Below, piece by piece: positions 54,687 through 64,000 of a stretch of DNA of 64,000 bases; positions within the stretch are counted from its first letter, which is position 1; each line of letters opens with the position of its first letter. Source of the stretch: Nymphaea colorata (taxonomy: Eukaryota); the NCBI RefSeq assembly GCF_008831285.2, contig NC_045138.2:31062001-31126000 (forward strand). The letters run 5' to 3'. Under the pieces are notes generated by a model. The model did no database searches and had not been told where the DNA came from. It saw nothing but the letters and a program-made list of their open reading frames with translations. A program made the translations under genes and the position numbers.

Positions 54687-55662
54687 AAGTGTCTATCAGC
54701 GATATTGGAGTAGAGATTTCACCAAAATATTAGGTATGATGGAAGTCATCGTAATTTTTTTAATCACATGTAAAATTTTAGATTGTTTATTGTAGAAATT
54801 TTAATTGCTTCTCTTACGCTGCACTTTGCAGCTCTTCTCTACGATAGACGAGATGCTGCTAAATTTTTGTTAGAAACCTTGAACCCTCTCGTTTTGCACG
54901 TAGCATATACAAGCAACGAACAAAACTGTGCAAACAGTGTTTACGTAGCTCTAGGTTGCATTGAAATTCATGTCAACCATGCATCAATTTACCACATCAT
55001 GAAACTTGACAATGGGCTAGGCTAAGCCGTGAGACTTAGCTTTCCTTAATCAACCATGATTACTAGTAAATCTTGGTCAGCTACGATCCAACTTCAGTTA
55101 GACTACCTTGGCCATGCCTAGAATCGAGATGAAGCCAGGCGGGCGATTGACCATACAAAATTTTAGTTAAGATTTAATGTTAATAATACATAATTAAATT
55201 AATCATGTAGTTTATAAAAGTGCTTAGACCAGCAAAGTTGAGATTTAGTAGACTTGAACTAAGTTGCCAATTTAAGCAAATGACTTAAGTTAATTAAGTT
55301 CAGCTTGATTCTTTGAATACATGTTTATGCATGAATGCATGTATGTTATTTAGTTGTATCTGTTTTTAAAAGTACGTGCCACACTCAAATAGGGAACTTG
55401 AGCTTTGTATATGGCAGAGGCTCGATAATGAGTTTCAAGAGTGAATTGTTTAATGATAAACTCGTGCTTTAGCTTTGATATGGACATATTTGATAAGGCA
55501 AATAGGGTAGTGATGATAGATATAAAAGTATGCTCACACATTAGATTGATTGAGCATGATTTGTTGCTTATTTACTTTATTTACCTGCAGTGATAATACT
55601 CATTCATTATTATTTTAATAGTCAATACAATACATGAACTTTACACTCAAACGACATATAAA

Positions 55663-55853
55663 AAATCTTCTAATAATTTTCATTGTATTTAGCAGTAGTG
55701 TTGATGCCATGATTATCTGCCTTTATTTGGTTCTTCCTATGTAATAGATAATGCCCGATCAAATCTTCTAATAATTTTCATTGTATTTAGCAGTCGTGCT
55801 GATGCTATGATTATATGCCTTCATTTGGTTCTTATCATGTAATAGATAATGCT
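55663..55853. repeat. Tandem duplication, 98 bp x 2
   Basis: aaatcttctaataattttcattgtatttagcagt...atgtaatagataatgc at 55663 and 55761. Confidence 0.9.
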
Positions 55854-57617
55854 CGTTGATCGGGCGCCCGAAGGGATGAGAGATTGTTGCGAAGTAATGC
55901 GACAATGTCATATACGTTTTTCTTATTTATTTTTGTTGGTGTTTGAGACTAAGACTTGAGAGCTGTGGCTCTCCAACATATATATAAAAAGTAATGTGTT
56001 TTTTTTAATAAGTATTTTTCATTAGCAACATTAATTGCTAGGACAGATCATGTTGTGCGCTAATTACGCCCGACGCCAACTACATATGTGTGTGATTGTT
56101 TTGCTTTCGCTACCAAAAAAAAGAAAAAAAGAACTCTGTATGTATTTCTTTTACACTACATTTCGTCGCCATACGGTTGAGCCTAAGCTGGTTTTGGAGG
56201 TATATATATGGGGTTCAACCAGTCCCATTTGGGACTGTTTTAGTCAACCATTTTTTCTCTCACCTACTTTTTCTCCCACCTTTTTCTACTTTTTCATTTT
56301 TTCTTTCTGTAACCGCTTATCCACCCTAATTTTGCAGGATGCATTGCATTGGGCAGAATGGTAAATTGGAAAACTGCAAGGTTTAAAAGCGGTACGTGTA
56401 AAGATATTTTTTCAAAGTGTAGTTGTCTTTCATCTTTTTGAAAAATAACTTTTATTGGTCTCATCAGATGACTAATAAGCAATACATAGTCTTTATATTC
56501 ACACTACTCAAGTTGGTTTTTGGTCAGGCCATTTTAGGACATAATAACCATCTTAATCTTATTTCCACTCAGGCTAACTTTATTGTGCAAATGCTAACCT
56601 TGAACTTTGCATACATGCATAATCTTCCATCACAAAAGTGGGGTTTACGACATCTACGTGCTCTTAATTCCTGAATTTTACAGTATAAATTATGGCAAGC
56701 TGTAGTACTAAATAGTTATGCCAAACTCGTGCCCGAATAAGCTTAAACCCGTCCCACTCACATTGCACTATCATTTATTGTGACTGGTAATATACGTTAT
56801 TTCCGGAACTCTCTTGTATGTTCATAATTTTTTATATTTAGTGTTGGCTTGAGTGAACTTGCATCCAACTTATAACACTCAAAATCTGTGGCACAATAAC
56901 GTTACATATATATATATATATATATATATAGTTCATATCAGCAACTCATAACTTGGGAGAAATTTTTTGCTTCTAAGTTAACCATGTGTTCATGGTCAGT
57001 GTCCTCAGGAAGGAAGTGTTTTCCATGGTAAAAGATTCTAAAAGAAGTAACACCAAATCAAGCGTTCACCATCAGTTTTTACTATCCCCCACCATGAGAG
57101 TAGATGAAGATTTAGCAGGCTGGGTTCGTGTCGTATGTGCAGAAGCCATGCCCGCATCTCTGCGCACATTTTTTTATTTGTTTCCTTGTTTTATATGGCC
57201 ATTTATTTATTTTTGTCCTTGCTGATGATCTTAATCCTTGGCAAATATGCATGACATTGTCCGTTTCTGTGCCACCTTCCGAAATAATCAATTTGATATC
57301 TTTTTATGCTTCCCTTGGCCAAAGACAAGAAAAATGAACAGCAATCTTTTGTTTGCATGTGGATGCATGATTTGATGTAACTTAGAGGGATAGAGCCTTG
57401 CTTCTAGGAACTAACTCAATCTCTTACATTTTTATCCATCCACAACAATCCAAATGATGGGAGCCCCGCCCCACCACCACCCCCCCATCCTGAAAAAAAA
57501 AAAAAAAAAAAAAGGCAGCCATTTCCTTTTGTACTTCTTCCTCCATGACAAAACCAGCGTATTTACATCATCAAAACCCTCTAGCACATGAATTTTCTAG
57601 GAAAAAACAGATCCCTT

Positions 57618-58809
57618 CTACGCTGTTCCTGGTAGCAGCAATGACGGCAGTGCCTTGTTGAAGAGCTTGGCCTTGAGTTTGAGGTAGTCATGCCATGTAA
57701 TGGACTGATAGAGAGGAGGATTGTTCAGGCTCAAGAGACGAGGGTGTGGGAAGACGTTGGTATCTGCCGGCGGCCCCCAGAAGTAGGCGAACGACAGGCG
57801 ATGGTGGGTTTGGCTCACCAGAGCACGGTGCAGGGGGGCGGTGAAGCATGCATTGGAGAGGATGTGAAGGAGGTCGCCTAGGTTGATGACCATGGCGCCG
57901 GGGATTGGAGGGACTGTGATCCAGTGCCCGTCTTTCATGACCTGAAGGCCTGCGATGCTGGTCTGATAGAGAAGGGTCATCACTGATGAGTCAGTGTGTG
58001 CCGCTAGCCCCATGGCTGTTGTTGGTTGTGGGCACATGGGATATGAGTTCATCTGCAGTACGCCATTCGTGTGTTCGAAGCCGTTCTTTGCCCACTCGAC
58101 GTCGTCTTTCCTCAGCCCCAGCGATGAAAGGATCAGCTCCATTAATCTCTCTGCAAAGTGCTTCATCTCCGTCTCGTACTCTTCAATTACAGCACTGAAA
58201 GAAGGCAGAAAATGTTAGTTAGATTCATAACTAGCGGTTTCCACAGCTCTGAATTAAGTTGGCACATTAACAAGAAATCAGGAAAGAAAGATCATAGCGA
58301 GGAGAAGAAAACTCTTAATCTTCACAGTACCAGAACCGATCATAATTGTCCGGCATAAGGCGGCGAGCGTGTTCTAGCGGTGATCCGACGACTGTGAAGC
58401 CTTCGTTCCACATCATCTTATCAAAGAAAGGCGATATGCGGGCGACGCCATAGCCGGAGATGCTATCAGGTGCGCGCAGGGCCTTAAGCTTCTGTTCCAT
58501 GGGAAGTCCAAAAAGCTGGTGCCCCAGTGACTCTAGTTCTGCAAAAAGCCGCATAGGGATGCCATGGTTTACAACCTGGAACATGCCCCAAGTCTTACAT
58601 GCACGTGAGACTTGATTCATGACAGCAAGTTTGGGCTCTGAGAGGCTGATCACAGGTATGATGCCATCCTTGGAGGGCACATCATCAAGGTAGTCTTCTA
58701 GGGGTGGCCATGCATGAGAGTCTGGGACCTTCTCCATTCTGGTGAGGTCCATGATAGGGTTAGGCAGGGTCAGAGGCTGATCTTTGTATACTTGGGAAAG
58801 GGAAGGCAT
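57618..58809 (-). CDS. GA3ox: Gibberellin 3-beta-dioxygenase (GA3ox). Exons 58809-58331 and 58194-57618
   Basis: VPDSHAW; IPVISL; ACKTWGMFQVVNHG; GYGVARISPFFDKMMWNEGFTVVGSP (GA3ox-typical); NSYPMCP; MGLAAHTDS; GDLLHILSN..HRA; RLS; single intron at the usual F-C position. Confidence 0.92.
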
Positions 58810-58827
58810 GATGGGCAATGAGAAATA

Positions 58828-58833
58828 AAGAAG

Positions 58834-58863
<30 letters not shown>
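58828..58863. repeat. (CTT)n microsatellite in the GA3ox 5' leader
   Basis: (AAG)~12 on the + strand just upstream of the ATG. Confidence 0.9.
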
Positions 58864-58864
<1 letters not shown>

Positions 58865-58903
58865 TGGGTTTTGGTGGGAGGAAAGTAGAGGCAATGTATC
58901 CAC

Positions 58904-58910
58904 TTATATA
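58904..58910 (-). promoter_or_regulatory. Candidate TATA box of GA3ox
   Basis: TATATAA on the minus strand ~95 bp upstream of the ATG; inferred from position only. Confidence 0.5.
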
Positions 58911-59321
58911 CAAGTATGAAGTAAATACGGTGGTGGAGGCCAGATAAGATTAGGTTGGGAACCGTTACATATCTGATCCAATGTCTATAGTATTGGAGCG
59001 GATCGAGGATGGGTACAAATGGATTAAATTCAGACAGGTTCTGGAAATTTAAGATCCAATTTCATGCATATTTAGGTACAGAAGGAACTTGGTTTGAGAT
59101 TTGATGTTTATTGGACGCTGTCCACATTTTCTTTCTGTATTGCACGCATAGATAAGGTGGTGAAGGTGCAATTTGGAGGGAAGTAGGCAGTGGGGAGAGC
59201 GTTGTTGGAAAGAAGACAAAGAATGAGAGGAAAGTGCAGGAAAAGAGATGGAACAAAAATAAGAAGAGCTAAGAGACATGCATGGCCCCCGTCACCCTCC
59301 TGTTTCTGGTTGGACGGTATA

Positions 59322-59364
59322 TAGAGACAGAGAGAGAGAGAGAGAGAGGGAGAGGGAGAGAGAT

Positions 59365-59402
<38 letters not shown>
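59322..59402. repeat. Imperfect (GA)n tract upstream of GA3ox
   Basis: Direct reading. Confidence 0.9.
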
Positions 59403-59854
59403 TGTTTCTTTATAGTTTCATTTAAAAAAAAATTCCCATGTGGCGATGTCTTGTCTTCAAGTAGGAAAGACTTCCAGTCCGTGCTTTGGATGGCCCTGTT
59501 CCTTTATACAAACTGGAGAAACACAACCTTCGTTTTTGCTTACAACCATATCCAGCTCCTCTCCCTCTCTTGCATGAGAAAATGACCTTGCTTCCTGGCA
59601 TTTCCAAAAGACTACTAAAATTCTAGATTTTACCCTTTCCAGCTTTTCCTTTTTGTAGGCCACCAGATGAGTTTCAGGTTTCCTCATCGCCCAGTTAAAG
59701 AAACAATAGATTTTGTTTGCTTCTCAAACAAAACTTGTGGAAAACAATCTTCCTTGTTCCAAATATACATGTACCTAAAATAAAGGCTTTGAGTTGGCAG
59801 ATTGCAAATAACGTAAACAAAATCGGGTTTTTCCTCTTATGAAACTCTAACACT

Positions 59855-60184
59855 GTGTTTGGATGGATGGATGGAAAGCAAAAGCAAATGATTGTAAAAG
59901 ATGAAAAAGAAAAGGTAGAGATTAATGATAGGGAGGAAAAGGAAAGGAAAAAAATGAAATACAAAGAAACAAAGTTTGTATGGGGAAAAAATTGTCAAAA
60001 ATCTTGCTTGTTTAACTATCATATATATTTTTATACTAATTAAATAAACGAGCCCTTTCTTTCCTATAAAAAAAGAAGAAGATTTTTTTCCTTTCCATTC
60101 CCTTCTTTTCCTTTTTCTTTCCATCCCAACACACTTTTCCATAATTCTTTCTTTTTCTTCCTCACTTCCTCTCGATCCAAACAC
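59855..60184. mobile_element. Tourist-like MITE ~1 kb upstream of GA3ox
   Basis: Ends GTGTTTGGAT ... ATCCAAACAC; purine-rich left half mirrored by pyrimidine-rich right half; TSD not clear. Confidence 0.6.
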
Positions 60185-60547
60185 CTTCACCTCTATCAAT
60201 CAGTGGCTTAAGTGCTTATTTTTCTGTTTACCACAAACATGAAACCAAAAATTCGAACAGCTAGACTCCAACAACATGTGAAATAACCAAGTTCTATTTC
60301 GAGAATGAATCTTTTAGAACTGGGGACAAAATTGAAGTAGGTAGTGCCAAGATGCCAAGTTTACTTAACTTGATGTTTGACAAGTGTGTAAGCACATGGG
60401 AAGTGCATATATATGGCAGGGCATCCTTCTCATGCATCACAAGGGTTTTTCATGGCAAGGACCTTGATAGGAACCCCAATGTATCTCAAACACCAACTCA
60501 TTGATTGTTGTTCTTTGTCCTGTAGAAGTTCTGTTGTTTTCCCCATG

Positions 60548-60587
<40 letters not shown>

Positions 60588-62689
60588 GTATGTATATATG
60601 TATGTATATATATATATATATATGTTTGTTTGTATGCATGTACTTGATACTTGTAGCAGGGCTTGGCCAGACAGCATTCTCACAGCATGTTCCCCTACCC
60701 CGATGAATGCATTAGGGCACATGCATGAAAGGAGGTTGTCTGATGAAAACCATGAGTGCAACAACAGATTAAACAATTGCAATCATCCATGGCTGTCTAC
60801 TTCACCAAGTTAGTTAAGGGCTTGGGATCGACTAATGCAGTTTCTTAGTGACCTTAAAAAGAAAGTTATGTATAACCAACTTGGTAGCCATATATTACTT
60901 AACGGACCCCTGGGCCTCTTCTCTTTGTTCATGAAGATCGAGAGCCACGCAAGTAAGAGAGCTGACAGTCACCATCTGAATATCTTGTCCATTGTTTAGT
61001 CACACGAGCAAGAAGAAGAAGAAGAAGAAGGCCGACTAGAGGAAGGGGCAGACCCCGGGCTCGCTGCCATCAATGCATCAGAGTGGTGGAGCCAAAAATT
61101 TCTAGTTATTGACTACTTTAAATTTAAATTTCAAATTTTAAGAGGCATTTATTTATATGTACAAAAAACTAAAAATTAATGAAGTTTTCACTTGTAAATA
61201 AAGCAAATTTTGCATGCCGTTGTGAGCAATTACCCACAGGAGCGGCGACAACAAAGCTCGGCCACAGCCTGGACATGTGAAGGGACGGTGCTGTCAGCTT
61301 GTGGGCTACCCAAGTAGGGGCAATACTTCCAATGATCAGCAACTGCCCAAGGCAAATACGGCCAACATGGACTTGGTAAATCCGCCCAATGGGTCCATTC
61401 AACTCTCACTTAATCTCATTCAAAGGTTTGGCCGATCTTGTGATAAAAAATTCACGACATTCCATCAACAAGCCATGGCATACCTAGTGAACGCTTTTAG
61501 CGGGCATCTTTCATCGCTAGTGATGTGTGGGTCACTGATATTGGTGCAACATACCATCTCACTCATGTTTTTTCCCTTAGCCAATCTCCTCTTGTTTCTT
61601 GTCCACCAGTCAGCTGTTATGGTGCGAGGAAAAAAGTTAGGGGCCCTATAGACACATTTTACATATTTTAAGCTGGGGATTCTTTATATTTTCATGCATT
61701 TAGAAGATGTCAAAGAAAATCCTATTGCAAATATTGAGAATTTTTGTGTGCTGACAGGCTACCCACTTGGTGATTTTGATTGGGATGGATAGACTTAATC
61801 ATCAACAACTTGCACGTCTTTCAGGAGGCTAACATCAGTGCCCACATCCTGATCAAGCAAATCTTTGGCATCTTTTATTGGGTGGAGATCTTAGGGTTGA
61901 AGCCATGTTTTGGCCTTTAAGACATGTTTAAGGCGCAGATTGAGTTGTCTGCTCATCTCTGTGCACACAATAAGTATGCACCAAAGGGATGTGGATATTG
62001 TTGAAATTTTTATAAAGTAAGTTGACATTTTAGACTTTTTCACAATCTTTTTTTTTTCCTTCTAAAAGTTTTTTTTTTAAATTTTTAATGGAGGCATTTT
62101 GGTCCATGCACACTCCTGTGCACAATTTTTTCTACACAAGAGTGTACACATAACTATATTTGGGTTACCTAAACGGGCTTTAAAAAAAAAAAACAAAAAC
62201 AAATTTTTTTTTGACAAAATAACGTCTTCAAAAGGGCATAAGTACTCCTCTGGTTTTTTCATAGAAGACATCATTTTTTGTTCTTGTCACACAAACACAA
62301 AAAACCAAGTTTCAAAAATTTGTTAAAAAACCAGGTTGTCATGACACTTGGACTTCACAAATGTCCATGTTTGATGAAGTCATTCTAACACAACCTTACA
62401 AATATTTTAATATTTAATTTATTATCTTGCTAAAAAATCCATATTACTTTTGGGAAGAAAAGAGAGCTTAAATTGAAAAACATAGTTGTGCACAACTCCT
62501 GGGTTAATTCTAAATGCAAACATCGAGATGTTCTCAATATGGCCCATGCCAACTTTAACTTGCAAGCAAACCATCCGACTATACAATTTTGAGGTTGTTT
62601 TTAATGAAACTTTATCTTTTAAATTGTTTTTTACTCACGCCCAATTTCAGTCACCTTAAAAAAAAAAACATAATCAAGTATTTATGTTA

Positions 62690-64000
62690 TGATAAAAATA
62701 TACACGAGTCACATATTTGATAGACGGGCTATAAAGTGCGTGTTTGTCTTTGGTCCATATATTCAAGCTGCTTTCAAAGTTTATGATCTTGAAAATGGCA
62801 AGGTTTTCACTAAAAGGGATGTATTTCTACTAAACATGAATTTTCCTTTCAAAATATCAATCAGCATAGGGAGGAGAACGTCATTATTCCCCTTCTATCT
62901 CACGATCACGACATGATGGGTTTCCAAAGACCTCTCGCTATCATTGAACGCCTTCTTGCCATTCCTATGAGGCCATATACATAAGTTGATGTGACCTCAC
63001 GACATAAACAATCACTTTGACCATTAGTTACTTTTATTTGACTAGCCCAATTTTAATTCAAATAATTAAGTTATGGAATTGCACACAGAAATGTTGCACA
63101 TTATTTTGTGACTTATTGTCACGAATAAATTTCACTCTCGCAAGAGTTTCTTGGTTGGCTCAGTCCCAGGTTGAAAAGCCCAACACTTTTTACCAAACTA
63201 TGCAACATGCAAGATGCCATGAAAGCTGAAGATGTCATTATGTATAAATTTGGCGAGTTTAAGAGGTATAATATAACTGGTCAGACATGAAAGCACATAT
63301 GAGGCACATCGTCTGTTCAACTCCTGTGGGTGTTATTCATCAGAATTGTAAAATGTAGAAGCACGATACTCTAGTTGATGGGTGTATTGTACTTCATTAA
63401 AATCCGAATACAGCTCAAGACTTTAGAAGCAAGGGGAATGAAAAGGGAAATGAGATCTTTATATCTTTTTGGGTGGTTGGTTGTTAACCTCCTACTCATG
63501 GGTGGTTGGTTGTTAACCTCCTACTCACTCCGACTCACACGAAGAGTAAACGTAACTAGAACATATGCCTGATATGATGGTTCTATAAAACATTAAGGGT
63601 TGGATACAAATAAGAGTTGAGTACGACAAGACCTACACGACCAGGGTTTTCTCGATAGGACGACAAAGTCTGCTATTGAAATAAGTCTTTAACGGGTTAA
63701 AGCAGTCTTTGTGCAATTAGTTTTCAGAATCATTAGATTTTCAAATAAAAAGTTCCGTTTATTTAGCCAAACGCTGATTGCTCTTCTAGTATATCAATAA
63801 TACTAGCAAAGTCTTTGTTATTGCCTATGTAGGTGGTACTTTTATTGCAAGGAACAACTATATATGTAAAGATTCACTTATGATCCATATACATAGGAAT
63901 TGAATTGTACGCTCAAAAGGATATTCCTCTTTCAACAAAAATATGCACTTGAAATTTTACATGATGTAGGTTATATGTGCAGGACTTTGTGAGCTTCTAG
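62690..64000 (+). mobile_element. Highly degenerate Copia pol relic (integrase C-terminal region to RT), running off the window
   Basis: FDRRAIKCVF..KVYDLENGKVF.KRDV.F; KIRIQLKTLEARG (similar to YKARLVAKG); LIALLVY; IGIE; QQKYALEILHDVG; many stops and frameshifts. Confidence 0.7.

Noticed and set aside
1..58809. Plant biosynthetic gene cluster (FMO plus two 2OGDs)
   Set aside because: YUC and GA3ox belong to separate known hormone pathways, there is no scaffold-forming enzyme, and unrelated genes are interspersed.

Overview
Eukaryotic (flowering-plant) nuclear DNA with spliceosomal introns; no prokaryotic features. Five protein-coding genes can be assembled exon by exon: a 5'-truncated YUCCA flavin monooxygenase (YUC1/4-like, +), LEUNIG (18 coding exons, +), an AOP1-like 2-oxoglutarate dioxygenase (+), a CCDC93 homologue (+) and a gibberellin 3-oxidase (-). 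Between and inside the genes are a complete but internally deleted, young Ty1/Copia LTR element (468-bp LTRs, ATTTC target-site duplication, PBS-Met, PPT), two more Copia relics, several MITEs, short tandem duplications and microsatellites. The most notable observations are: (i) a ~315-bp plastid rpoB fragment inside a TIR element with a near-perfect 8-bp TSD, whose rpoB-free sibling lies in a LUG intron; (ii) a YUC-LUG-CCDC93 gene order that matches my recollection of Arabidopsis At4g32540/32551/32560; (iii) a GC-AG, in-frame, stop-free last intron and a tandem splice acceptor in LUG; (iv) a fold-back with ~600-bp arms in a CCDC93 intron. I see no clear evidence of a wholly new biological system. 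All exon and repeat coordinates were read by eye and may be off by a few bases.
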